Of a stretch of DNA of 64,000 nucleotides, positions 8,476 through 18,194 are shown piece after piece. The notes under the pieces were generated by a model. That model worked only from the letters and a program-made list of their open reading frames with translations. It searched no databases and had not been told where the DNA came from. Both the position numbers and the translations under genes were made by a program. Source of the DNA: Eubacteriales bacterium. Its GTDB lineage: Bacteria; Bacillota; Clostridia; Oscillospirales; CAG-272. The stretch spans positions 10,234 to 74,233 of the forward strand of contig JAZNKD010000034.1 in the NCBI GenBank assembly GCA_045578385.1, in the 5' to 3' direction. Numbering within the stretch: position 1 is the stretch's first letter; each line of letters begins with the position of its first letter.

Positions 8476-9882
8476 TTATTTTTCAAAGTCGCTTTTTTTA
8501 AATCGGAAAAGATGTCTTGCCATAGCCTTAGGGTTGAATGGGAAAAGCGGGTAAAGATAATGCCGTATCCCTGCGACAGTAGTGTTGGTAGCCACAAAAA
8601 CGCAGAATAGGATCAATCCCAAAACAAAGCCTGAAAAGTGCAAAAAGTAAACTAGAGTTAGAATAATCATACGCATAAATTTAAAAGCGTACCCTAATTC
8701 GTGGCTTTGCTGGGCAAAATTTGCAATAGCAACGCAAGCCATATAGAAAATCACGTCCTCGGAAAACCATCCTATGCTGACCGCGAAATCACCAAGAATC
8801 AAAGCTCCTACTACTGATAGAGAATTCGAGAGCATATCGGGAGTGTTCATTGAGGCAAGCTTGAGACCGTCAAGGGCAAGCTCGGCCATAAAAAGCTGCA
8901 GTATTATTGGGAGTGCGCCGGGCTCGTCAGGAACGAGAAAACTTAAATTTTCCGGTAGAGTTTCGCTGTATTCGAGTATCAGATACCAAAGCGGTGTGAC
9001 GACTACCGAGAGCAGTAAAATTATTATTCTTACAATTCTCAGATAAGAGCCTGTTAATGGGGGGAATGAATAGTCGTCCGCTTCCTCGGTAAAGTCAAAA
9101 ATAGAGGTCGGAAGTATCATAACCTCGGGGGACGTGTCACAGAATACCAATACGTTTCCCTCAAGGACCTGAGCGGCGGCGGTATCGGGGCGTTCGGTGG
9201 TTCTCACTTTCGGAAAAGGATTAAACCATTTTCTGCGAATCAATGATTCGGAGAGACTTTGGGTGCCAAGCGTGAGAGTTTTTGGTTTTGCTTTTTGGAT
9301 TTTTTCGCATACGGAGTTTACGTAATCCTCTTTTGCTATTCCCTCCATATAACAAACGACTACGTCGGTATGAGATGAGCCGCCGATATCAAAATGACGC
9401 ATAGTAAGTCTAGGGTCTCTTATTCTGCGCCGCAAAAGAGCCGTGTTGATAATCAGTGTTTCGACGAACCCGTCTCTCGCCCCCTGCATCACTCTATCGC
9501 TTTCGGGTTCTGCAACACTTCGTACCGGGTAGGTCCTAAGGTCCAGAAGAATAACTTCCGTGCCAAAACTTTCTGCAAAAAGGGCAGTTTGACCCGAAAG
9601 CACTGCGGTTGTTATAGCATCGAGGTCTCCCGAACGCGACACCTCGACGTAAGGAATGATTTTTTCGGTTTCCCTTGCGTCATTAAGCTCTTTTTGATTC
9701 AGCAAAAACTGCATAACGCGTTGAAGTTCTCCATCTTTGACGAATCCGTCAATATAGAAAAATGTGACTTCGCTTTCGGCAACCGAGAGAGTTTTTTTCA
9801 AAACGTCAAAACTTTTTCCGTACATAAGCTTGTTTTCTGCAAGCGCAATATTGTTAAGATAATCGCAGGTTAATGCGGTCAT
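8476..9882 (-). CDS. GerA/SpoVAF-family spore germination protein
   Basis: EPESDRVMQGARDGFVET, NTALLRRRIRDP, TERPD and SVVGALILGDFAV motifs. Confidence 0.9.
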   Translation of the reverse strand: MTALTCDYLNNIALAENKLMYGKSFDVLKKTLSVAESEVTFFYIDGFVKDGELQRVMQFLLNQKELNDARETEKIIPYVEVSRSGDLDAITTAVLSGQTALFAESFGTEVILLDLRTYPVRSVAEPESDRVMQGARDGFVETLIINTALLRRRIRDPRLTMRHFDIGGSSHTDVVVCYMEGIAKEDYVNSVCEKIQKAKPKTLTLGTQSLSESLIRRKWFNPFPKVRTTERPDTAAAQVLEGNVLVFCDTSPEVMILPTSIFDFTEEADDYSFPPLTGSYLRIVRIIILLLSVVVTPLWYLILEYSETLPENLSFLVPDEPGALPIILQLFMAELALDGLKLASMNTPDMLSNSLSVVGALILGDFAVSIGWFSEDVIFYMACVAIANFAQQSHELGYAFKFMRMIILTLVYFLHFSGFVLGLILFCVFVATNTTVAGIRHYLYPLFPFNPKAMARHLFRFKKSDFEK

Positions 9883-9979
9883 TTTATATTTGTCCTTTCC
9901 GGAATTTGAATTCTTTATCCAATTTTTGCCGCTATCAATACAAAATATTCGTTTTTTTATTTTAAAACAACATTTTGTA

Positions 9980-10009
9980 TTGACATTCGTTTTTAGTGTA
10001 TGGTAAAAT
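9980..10009 (+). promoter_or_regulatory. Sigma-A promoter for birA region
   Basis: TTGACA-18nt-TAAAAT; overlaps the ORF-track start at 9996, which argues for a later start. Confidence 0.6.
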
Positions 10010-10046
10010 TATTTTTGATAAATATTTTGGGGGCGCGAGCGTGCGT

Positions 10047-10829
10047 ATGGACAAGGGCAATTTTGAAAAAAGAATAACAGAAGCTTTTTCAAGAAAGCTC
10101 ACCGCGGTCAGAGTAGTAGTGTTTGATGAAGTAGATTCAACGAATACCGAGGCGAAAAAATATGTTGATTTTCTCGATTCCGAAACCGATATCTTTTTAA
10201 TTGCAAAAAGCCAGAGTGCCGGGCGCGGTAGGCTCGGAAGAACTTTTCTTTCTAAAGACGGCGGGCTTTATATGTCGTATCTTTCTCGCCCTTGCCTGCC
10301 CATACAAGATGCAATTAAATTAACGTCATTTGCAGCTACGGCGTTGTGTGAAACCGTGTTTGAATTTACAGGAATAATGCCAAAAATCAAATGGGTTAAC
10401 GATTGCTTCATAGACGATAAGAAGCTGGCGGGGATACTTACTGAAGGAGAGTTTGATGAGAGCGGCGTTGGTTTCAGGTATGCTGTTGTAGGAATAGGAA
10501 TAAATATTGCGAACGTCGATTTTGAAGAGATTTCAAATATCGCTACAAGTATTGAAGCGGAGATTGGAGCTTCTCCCGATATAGCTGAATTTTCCGCCGC
10601 GCTTGCTGAAAAGCTAATAGCCTTTAAAACCGCTGATTCAAATGAATATATGAAAAAATATGAGCAGCTTTCAATGCTGCTGGGGAGGCGGATAAAAATT
10701 ACAACCCCTGTTGGCGCTTATTTCGCTACGGCTAAAAAAATTGAGAGTAACGGTTCGCTGACCGTTATTACCGACTCGGGAGACACTGTAAATTTAATTT
10801 CCGGAGATGTAAGCATAAAATTAAATTAA
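10047..10829 (+). CDS. birA: Biotin--protein ligase without an N-terminal HTH
   Basis: DSTN, QSAGRGRLGR, KWVND, KLAGILTE and GIGIN motifs; start uncertain. Confidence 0.9.
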   Translation: MDKGNFEKRITEAFSRKLTAVRVVVFDEVDSTNTEAKKYVDFLDSETDIFLIAKSQSAGRGRLGRTFLSKDGGLYMSYLSRPCLPIQDAIKLTSFAATALCETVFEFTGIMPKIKWVNDCFIDDKKLAGILTEGEFDESGVGFRYAVVGIGINIANVDFEEISNIATSIEAEIGASPDIAEFSAALAEKLIAFKTADSNEYMKKYEQLSMLLGRRIKITTPVGAYFATAKKIESNGSLTVITDSGDTVNLISGDVSIKLN

Positions 10830-10863
10830 AACTACAAATCATATACAAGGAAGCGTGTGTGAT

Positions 10864-11477
10864 ATGCCGTTTGGAATTTTCGACTATCACAAAACATTAG
10901 AGCATCTTCACGTTGGCTGTGAGGAAAATCACGCTTATTTTATTCCTTACCAGGATAAAAAGACGGCTCTTGACAATACGAGGGACGAATCGATTTATTT
11001 CAGAACTCTTATAGGCGAGTGGAATTTTAAATTTTATTCTTTCGTTACGGAAATTGAAGACGTGTATGCCGTAACGTTCGGAGACGAGGATAAGCTCGAC
11101 GTGCCTATGAACCGGCAGAATGCGCTCGACGTGGATTTGACATACCGAACTATTCTAACGTAAATTATCCGTATCCGTCGGATCCGCCTCACGTATCCGA
11201 CGAAAATCCTGCAGGAGTATATTCAAGAACATTCAGCCTGACGGAAGCAGAGCTTTGTAACGGAGAGAGGATGCTCACGTTTGAGGGAGTTGATTCCTGC
11301 TTCTATTTGTTTGTAAACGGAAAGTTTGCGAGCTACAGTCAGGTAAGCCATATGACGAGCGAATTTAAGGTAACAAATCATCTTCATACGGGCGAGAAAA
11401 ACATCAGCTTCGAGTTTGATTTCTCGACGGAGTTCACAGGGAATATCAATCCTTTTAATAAGCACACAAAAATGTAA
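10864..11477 (+). pseudogene. lacZ: GH2 beta-galactosidase remnant (frameshift plus large internal deletion)
   Basis: N-terminal GH2 motifs across two frames (LHVGCEENHAYFIPY, GEWNF, YSNVNYP, ENPAGVY, FEGVDS, YSQVSHMTSEF); 1-nt loss near 11128; only about 200 aa in total, no catalytic barrel. Confidence 0.85.
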
Positions 11478-11503
11478 ATATTTGTTATGTTATGGAGATA
11501 AAA

Positions 11504-13000
11504 ATGGATATCAATGCGGCAATATGCGCTCTGCTTGATTATGCAGAGCATACGGAGCTTATTGACAAATTTGACAGAGCTTATTCGGCAAACAGAATTC
11601 TTGAACTTTTGAATCTTACCGAATATAAAGAAGTAAAATCATATGTGAATTACGAGCTTGCCGAAATTCTTGCCGCTATATGCGAATATGCTTACGAAAA
11701 GGGAATTATCGAATCCAATACGGTGGTTTATAATGATTTATTTGATACCAAGGTTATGGGACTTCTTTGCCCCAGACCCAGCGAGGTTATATCCACGTTT
11801 GAAGCGCTCTACGAGGAAAATCCCGCGTTAGCTACCGATTACTTCTACAAGCTGTCGGTTGATTCAAACTATATTCGCAGCGACAGAATAAAAAAAGATC
11901 TTAAATGGACCACGAAAAGCGAATACGGTGAAATCGATATAACCGTAAACCTTTCAAAGCCCGAAAAGGATCCTAAAGCCATTGCCGCAGCGAAGCTTCT
12001 TCCGCAATCCGATTATCCCAAGTGTCTGCTTTGTCACGAAAACGAGGGCTATGAGGGAAATCTCTCAAAGCCCGCAAGACAGAATCTGCGTCAGATTCCG
12101 TTTGATATGGCGGGAACTCTGTGGTATCTGCAATATTCTCCGTACGTTTACTATAACGAGCATTGTATAGCACTCTCATCGCTACACACGCCTATGAGCA
12201 TCAACCGTTCAAGTTTTGCAAAGCTTCTTTCCTTCGTGAATCATTTCCCGCATTATTTTATAGGCTCTAACGCAGACCTCCCCATAGTAGGCGGATCTAT
12301 CCTTGCCCACGATCATATGCAGGGCGGAAGATACACTTTTGCTATGGAGAAGGCTCCTATAGAGAAAGAAATTTCCTTTGTCGGCTTTGAGGACGTAAAG
12401 TCGGGCATTGTAAAATGGCCTATGTCTGTTATAAGACTTCTATCTTCCGATAGGGAAAAACTTGTTGAGCTTGCCGATAAGATTCTTGGAAAATGGCGTT
12501 CGTATACCGACAATGAAGCGTTTATTTATCACGAAACCGACGGTGAGCCGCACAACACGATAACTCCTATCGCGCGCCGCAGAGGGAATGATTTCGAGTT
12601 TGATTTGGTTCTTCGTAACAATATAACAACAGAAGAAAATCCGCTTGGCGTATATCATCCGCACAGCGAGCATCACAATATCAAAAAAGAGAATATCGGT
12701 CTTATCGAGGTTATGGGACTTGCGGTACTTCCCGCAAGGCTTAAGGAAGAGATAGCCGAAATGAAAAAAGCTATTCTTTTGGGTCGGGATTTTGTTAACA
12801 ATCCTCTTATAGAGAAGCACGCAGAATGGTTTGATAAGTTTAGAGCAGATTATAATTTCACAGAGGAAAATACGGAGGATATAATCAAGGCCGAAATCGG
12901 AAAAACCTTCGTAAGAGTTCTTAAAGATGCGGGCGTATTCAAGGATAACGATGAAGGACGCTCGTTCTTCTTGAGGTTCGTTGACTTTGTCAACGCATAA
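11504..13000 (+). CDS. galT: UDP-glucose--hexose-1-phosphate uridylyltransferase (Firmicute type)
   Basis: NLSKPEKDPK, YPKCLLC, QYSPYVYYNEH, GSNADLPIVGGSIL and HHNIKKENIGLIEVMG. Confidence 0.95.
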   Translation: MDINAAICALLDYAEHTELIDKFDRAYSANRILELLNLTEYKEVKSYVNYELAEILAAICEYAYEKGIIESNTVVYNDLFDTKVMGLLCPRPSEVISTFEALYEENPALATDYFYKLSVDSNYIRSDRIKKDLKWTTKSEYGEIDITVNLSKPEKDPKAIAAAKLLPQSDYPKCLLCHENEGYEGNLSKPARQNLRQIPFDMAGTLWYLQYSPYVYYNEHCIALSSLHTPMSINRSSFAKLLSFVNHFPHYFIGSNADLPIVGGSILAHDHMQGGRYTFAMEKAPIEKEISFVGFEDVKSGIVKWPMSVIRLLSSDREKLVELADKILGKWRSYTDNEAFIYHETDGEPHNTITPIARRRGNDFEFDLVLRNNITTEENPLGVYHPHSEHHNIKKENIGLIEVMGLAVLPARLKEEIAEMKKAILLGRDFVNNPLIEKHAEWFDKFRADYNFTEENTEDIIKAEIGKTFVRVLKDAGVFKDNDEGRSFFLRFVDFVNA

Positions 13001-13013
13001 TAAGGAGTCTTTT

Positions 13014-13652
13014 ATGGAAAACAAAAATATAAATTCCAAAGCCGATGCCGAGCTTTCAAATGAGTATAGAATTTCGGATGAAACAAACGAAAGCACGCTC
13101 AGCGAATACTCAACTTCGGACGGCGAATCGGTTGATGAGCTTCCCGAATACGAGCCGAAAAATAGGTATGAGAAGCTGTTGTATAGGGTGTATCGCGACG
13201 ATACGCTCTTCGAGATTTTTCGTATATCGTCGTATGTGATAGTTGCTCTTACGATTTACGCGTTCTTGGTGAGACTCGTTTCGCTTGTCGAGACTCCTAT
13301 AGAAGTATTTAAAATTCTCGTGGTGACGGGTGTTCCTTTCGTTGCAGTCAGCATTATGAGAAAAATTATAAATGCTCCGCGCCCCTACGAGATTATTGAA
13401 TTTTACGAGAAAAAGCCAAAGGGGAAGGCTGGACAATCTTTCCCGAGCAGACACGTATTCTCGGTGTTCGTTATTGCAACGGTTTTGTTCGCGTGGGAGC
13501 CTATAATTGCCGCAGGACTTATTCTTGCAGGCGCGCTGCTCGCATTCTTGAGAGTTGCTCTCGGCATTCACTTTGTGCGTGACGTGCTTGCGGGCGCACT
13601 TATAGGGATTGCTTCCGGCGGTATCGGACTTCTGGTGCTTCATTTGATTTGA
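13014..13652 (+). CDS. PAP2-family membrane phosphatase with acidic N-terminal extension
   Basis: RP, SFPSRH and RVALGIHFVRDV motifs; RBS AAGGAG. Confidence 0.85.
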   Translation: MENKNINSKADAELSNEYRISDETNESTLSEYSTSDGESVDELPEYEPKNRYEKLLYRVYRDDTLFEIFRISSYVIVALTIYAFLVRLVSLVETPIEVFKILVVTGVPFVAVSIMRKIINAPRPYEIIEFYEKKPKGKAGQSFPSRHVFSVFVIATVLFAWEPIIAAGLILAGALLAFLRVALGIHFVRDVLAGALIGIASGGIGLLVLHLI

Positions 13653-13679
13653 TTAAAGATTTATTTTGCGAGGTGTATT

Positions 13680-14378
13680 ATGAACGTAACTTGGATAACA
13701 CAAGCAGGACTTGTTTTTGAAAATGATAAAATGACGGTTATGGTTGATCCGTATCTTTCAAATTCCGTAGCTGAAAGCTTTGATCCCAAAAAGGAAAGGC
13801 GGATTCCGGTTGATGAGGGCGTATTTGATATACAGCCTGACGTTATAATCATAACACACGATCACCTCGATCATCTTGATCCTGCCACGCTTAAAAAATT
13901 CCTTTGCCGAGGCGGTAAGCCTATAACCGTGTTAGCTCCTTACAATGCGTATGTTAAGTTGTGCGAGATAGGTGACAAGGAACACAACTACGTTCTTCTT
14001 AATCCTCATTCCGTGTGGAGCGAGGGCGGATTGACGTTTTACGCGGTGAAAGCCGAGCATAGTGACGTTACTGCGGCGGGATATATAATTGACGACGGAA
14101 AAGAAACCTTCTATATAAGCGGCGATACTCTTTACAATTACGACGTTATAGACGACGTTATTGAGCTTTGCGAGGACGGCGTTGACTATGCGTTTCTTCC
14201 TATCAACGGAGTTGGTAACAATATGAATGCTAAGGATGCTGCGGATTTTGCTTTTGAAATCGGAGCAAGATGCGCCGTTCCTATTCATTTTGGGCTTTTT
14301 GACAGTATAGACCCAAAGGATTTTGACTTCGATAACACGCTGATATTGGATCCGTACGTTAAGACGAGCCTTAAGTAA
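13680..14378 (+). CDS. Metallo-beta-lactamase fold hydrolase (UlaG-like)
   Basis: DPYLS, THDHLDH, SGDT, LPING..NNM and PIH motifs. Confidence 0.85.
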   Translation: MNVTWITQAGLVFENDKMTVMVDPYLSNSVAESFDPKKERRIPVDEGVFDIQPDVIIITHDHLDHLDPATLKKFLCRGGKPITVLAPYNAYVKLCEIGDKEHNYVLLNPHSVWSEGGLTFYAVKAEHSDVTAAGYIIDDGKETFYISGDTLYNYDVIDDVIELCEDGVDYAFLPINGVGNNMNAKDAADFAFEIGARCAVPIHFGLFDSIDPKDFDFDNTLILDPYVKTSLK

Positions 14379-14393
14379 GGCAGGTGGCGAATA

Positions 14394-15359
14394 ATGATAT
14401 TTGAAAAAACGGTATTAAGTATATACAATCAGCAATTTTTAGTGCGCTGTGATGACACTGGTGTAGTCCATTACTTTACGGCTGCAGATTTTCCGGGATT
14501 GAACACGCATCCGTTTTCTTTTAAGGGAGAAAGCGGACAAGAGCTTCGCGGAAGCTTTTATTATTACGGTGAGATGAGCCGCGAAAAACTCGTTATATTT
14601 GATCACGGTATGGGAGCAGGCCATCTTGCGTATATGAAAGAGATAGCCGAGCTTGCAAAAGGCGGATTCACGGTTTTCTCGTACGACCATACGGGCTGTA
14701 TGAACAGCGAGGGAGATAATATAGGCGGATTTGCTCAATCTCTTTCCGACCTAGACTACTGCATCAGAGCGCTTCGTTCGGCATATGAATACAAGAACTT
14801 GCAGCTCTCCGTCGTAGGTCATAGCTGGGGCGCGTTCTCAACGCTTAATATCAGCGCAATACATAAGGATATCACACATATCGTTGCTATGTCGGGATTT
14901 GTTTCGGTTAAGGATATGCTCGGTCAGTTTTTCCCTGGAATTCTCAAGCTTTACGTTCCCGCTCTTTACAGGCTTGAGCAGAAAAACGTTCCCGGATATG
15001 CTGATTATAACGCAATAGATTCCTTAAAAAGCTCTACGGCAAAGGCTATGGTAATTCATTCCGAGGATGACGCGACGGTAAGCTTCAAGCGTCATTTCCT
15101 TAAAATGAAAAAAGCTCTCATAGAGAGAGCCGATACGCGCTTCGTTGCTACGTCGGGGAAGGGGCACAATCCGAATTTCACAAAATCAGCGGTTAAAATC
15201 AAGGATGCCTTCTTTGCCGATTATAAAGAAAAAATGAAAAGCGGATATTTTACCGACGAGGATAAAAAACGCGAATTTAAAGAAAGCTACGATTTTGTTA
15301 AAATGAGTGAGCAGGACGCTGACGTCTGGAATGACATCATAAGCTTTTTGAATTCGTAA
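14394..15359 (+). CDS. Alpha/beta hydrolase
   Basis: HGMG oxyanion region, GHSWG nucleophile elbow, HSEDD and GHN triad residues. Confidence 0.85.
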   Translation: MIFEKTVLSIYNQQFLVRCDDTGVVHYFTAADFPGLNTHPFSFKGESGQELRGSFYYYGEMSREKLVIFDHGMGAGHLAYMKEIAELAKGGFTVFSYDHTGCMNSEGDNIGGFAQSLSDLDYCIRALRSAYEYKNLQLSVVGHSWGAFSTLNISAIHKDITHIVAMSGFVSVKDMLGQFFPGILKLYVPALYRLEQKNVPGYADYNAIDSLKSSTAKAMVIHSEDDATVSFKRHFLKMKKALIERADTRFVATSGKGHNPNFTKSAVKIKDAFFADYKEKMKSGYFTDEDKKREFKESYDFVKMSEQDADVWNDIISFLNS

Positions 15360-15389
15360 TTTTTTAAAAAAGAAAACAAAAGCTTACAA

Positions 15390-15428
15390 AAAAGACCGAA
15401 AGGGTTTATTTTTCCCAATCGGTCTTTT
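15390..15428. terminator. Bidirectional terminator
   Basis: AAAAGACCGA / TCGGTCTTTT inverted repeat between convergent genes. Confidence 0.7.
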
Positions 15429-15460
15429 GCTTTTTATAATATGAATTATGGTTTGAAATA

Positions 15461-17215
15461 TTACTTTACAAGCTCGCAGAATTCATCTATTTCATCTGCT
15501 ATTATCTGAAGGCCTGCGCGCCAGAAATCACGTGAGGTGAGATCGACACCGGCTATCTTAGCGCAATCCTCAATATCGGTCACACTTGTTGCGTGGAGGA
15601 GTTTTTTATACGTACCAACGAAGGCACTGCCTTCGTTTTTATATTTTGCATAAAGTCCTCTTGCGAAAAGACCGCCGAAAGCATATGGGAAGTTATAGAA
15701 CGACAGACCGCCTCTGTAATAGTGGCTCTTGCAAACCCACATATAAGGGTGCATAAAGTTTTCATCAAGACCGTCACCGTACGCTTTTTTCTGCGCTTCA
15801 AGCATAAGAGCGCACATTCTGTCCGCATTCATAAATTCTGCGGGGCGGTTTTCAAATACCGAGCTTTCAAAGGTAAATCTTGAATAAATATCGCAGATTA
15901 TCTGGCACGCATCCATAAGCTCGCTTTCGATAAGCGCGAGCTTTTCTTCCTTTTCCTTTGCTTCGCTGATTACCGTTGACATAACGAGAACTTCGTTAAA
16001 TGTTGATGCCGTTTCTGCAACGGGCATAGAATAATCCTGGTTAAGAAGCGAGTGGGAGAATACCTGCCTGTCGTGGAAAGAGTGGCCAAGCTCGTGAGCG
16101 AGAGTAACTATATCACTGAACGAGCCGTCAAAGTTGGTAAGAACTCGGCTCTGCTTTGCCGAAGGAACACCGCAGTCAAACGCTCCACCGACCTTGCCGT
16201 CTCTGGGGTAGAAGTCTATCCAGCGCTCCTCGAACGCGCATTTAACCATATCGTGAAGCTCGGAGTCAAATCCGCCGAAGATTTGAAGCAAATAGTCCTT
16301 TGCCTCCTCGACCGTGTAAGTTTTATCGCATTTACCCATGGGAGCGAAAAGGTCGTACCAAGGGAGTCCGTTTTCGTGTCCGAGGGCTTTTGCCTTTGCT
16401 TTCAGATACTTTCTGAACTGCGGCATATATTCTTCCATAGCACCGATGAGCGCATCAAGAGTTTCTTTTTTCATTCTTGAGGTGTAGAGCGTTTTTGCGA
16501 GGGGAGACTCGTATCCGCGAAGCTCGCATTCGGTAAGAACCTGAAGCTTGATGCTGTTAAGCGAGAAGGCTATGGAATCCTTTATGGAGTCATAACAAGC
16601 AAGCTCTGCCTCGTATGCTGCGCGGCGTACGTCTGCATCATGGCTGTAAGCGAGATTTCTTACGCTTGAAAGTCCCATCTCTTTACCGTCAACAGTTGCT
16701 TTTACACTGCTTGTAAGTGAGCTTTGAAGATCGCTCCAGGCAGAAGCACCACTCATATTGAGTTTAGCGAAAACAGCTTCCTCTCCTTCTGAAAGAAGAT
16801 ATTTGCTATCGCGCTTGATGTTCATAAGGTAATATTTGTAGTCTGCAAGCTCGGGTGTGGAATCAATAAGAGCCTCAAGGTCGTCGTAGCTCGCAATCAG
16901 CTTGCTGAGAGCCGCGCTGGGAGCTGCGGTTACGCTTATGATGCTCATAACCTTTCCGAGTGCCGAAGCTGCCTCCACGTCTGCTGTGTTTGCGGAATAT
17001 CTGAGGTTTGCAAAAATTGCGAGCTTGTTTGCAAGCATCGAAATTTCTTCGTTTTTTGAAATAAAGCTTTTCAGAACTTCGCATCTTTCCATAGTTCCGA
17101 CAGCCTTTGCAAACTCAACAAGCGAATTTGCTTCTTCTGCAAGCGTTTCAAGATCTGTAGCATAACGAGGATCGTCAAATCCATTATATAAAATACTTAA
17201 ATCCCAGTTTTTCAT
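15461..17215 (-). CDS. pepF: M3B oligoendopeptidase F family
   Basis: WDLS N-terminus, GKVGGAF, TLAHELGH, AETASTFNE and FYNFPYAFG. Confidence 0.92.
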   Translation of the reverse strand: MKNWDLSILYNGFDDPRYATDLETLAEEANSLVEFAKAVGTMERCEVLKSFISKNEEISMLANKLAIFANLRYSANTADVEAASALGKVMSIISVTAAPSAALSKLIASYDDLEALIDSTPELADYKYYLMNIKRDSKYLLSEGEEAVFAKLNMSGASAWSDLQSSLTSSVKATVDGKEMGLSSVRNLAYSHDADVRRAAYEAELACYDSIKDSIAFSLNSIKLQVLTECELRGYESPLAKTLYTSRMKKETLDALIGAMEEYMPQFRKYLKAKAKALGHENGLPWYDLFAPMGKCDKTYTVEEAKDYLLQIFGGFDSELHDMVKCAFEERWIDFYPRDGKVGGAFDCGVPSAKQSRVLTNFDGSFSDIVTLAHELGHSFHDRQVFSHSLLNQDYSMPVAETASTFNEVLVMSTVISEAKEKEEKLALIESELMDACQIICDIYSRFTFESSVFENRPAEFMNADRMCALMLEAQKKAYGDGLDENFMHPYMWVCKSHYYRGGLSFYNFPYAFGGLFARGLYAKYKNEGSAFVGTYKKLLHATSVTDIEDCAKIAGVDLTSRDFWRAGLQIIADEIDEFCELVK

Positions 17216-17399
17216 ATTTTTTATCCCTTCTTAGTTTTAATTTTAAGATAAGGCTATTCTATCATAACGGTGGATAAATGTAAAGAGCTTTATAAATCTT
17301 TATGTGTCGAAAGCAGATTATTTTCATAAAATAATATCAGATGCCACTGATATTTAAACAGATTTCAAAAATGTAATATATAAGAGAAAGGAAAAACGT

Positions 17400-17471
17400 A
17401 TGAAGATAATCCTTGTTCGCTCACCCAAGCTTTTGGCGCCGATACTTAAAAAAATATTCGGTATTAAATAA
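17400..17471 (+). CDS. spoVM: Stage V sporulation protein M-like amphipathic peptide (23 aa)
   Basis: MKIILVRSPKLLAPILKKIFGIK*; Pro9 and amphipathic pattern as in SpoVM; RBS GAAAGGA; below the ORF-track cutoff. Confidence 0.8.
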   Translation: MKIILVRSPKLLAPILKKIFGIK

Positions 17472-17526
17472 CCTTTATAATTATTCCGCGTATGGCGTTT
17501 CAAATATAATCATTTCATAATTAAAA

Positions 17527-17565
17527 AAGCACGGCAAAGAAAAGCGAAAATGCTATGCCGTGCTT
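17527..17565. terminator. Terminator between spoVM and the esterase remnant
   Basis: AAGCACGGCA / TGCCGTGCTT inverted repeat. Confidence 0.65.
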
Positions 17566-17591
17566 AATTTTATTGCAAATTATTCATTGAA

Positions 17592-18082
17592 TTAAACGTT
17601 TCTGCAAATGTACCCGAATATAAGATCTGCCGAGCCCTTTAAATTCTCGTGACCGTAATCGGGATAGATTTCTATCTGATTTTCGGACGTGATCTTGTTG
17701 TATGCTGCAAACTGGGTGGATGGACGACAGGTCGTGTGCATAAGTCCCGTGGACATTAAACTTTAGACTTTATTCTCGGAGCAAGGAACTGCAGGTCTAT
17801 ATATCCGAGCTTCTCAAAGAATTCATCAATGTGCTCGTGGCGGGGATCAAAGTGGCGAAGATAGTAACGCATACCCTCGTAAGAGCCCTTGGTTGAGGTA
17901 AGTGTGAGCTTGTATGCTTCGGCAACCGACGAAGGAAAATCGTAGGGCTCGAAGGTAGGCTTGTGGTCTATCGCGTAAAGCTCCTCAAGCGATGCATGCC
18001 AAAACTCATCAAAATCTTTTGGGCGCGAGTTAACTCCCTGGTACTCTTTGAGCTGCGACGGCGGCATATCAATGATAGGCAT
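17592..18082 (-). pseudogene. CE7 acetylxylan esterase/cephalosporin-C deacetylase remnant
   Basis: N-terminus MPIIDMP..RPKDFDEFW joined directly to the C-terminal part (YEG..FDPRH..LGYID); frameshift near 17758, then GLMHTTCRPSTQFAAYN and YPDYGHE; nucleophile GxSQGG segment absent. Confidence 0.85.
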
Positions 18083-18194
18083 TTTAAAATCTCGATTTTG
18101 TTTTTTATTATGAGTTAATTAACTATAGCACATTATTTTTTTAATATGTAAGAGAAAATATGGTTTAAACTGATAATTTAAGTTTCATTCATTA

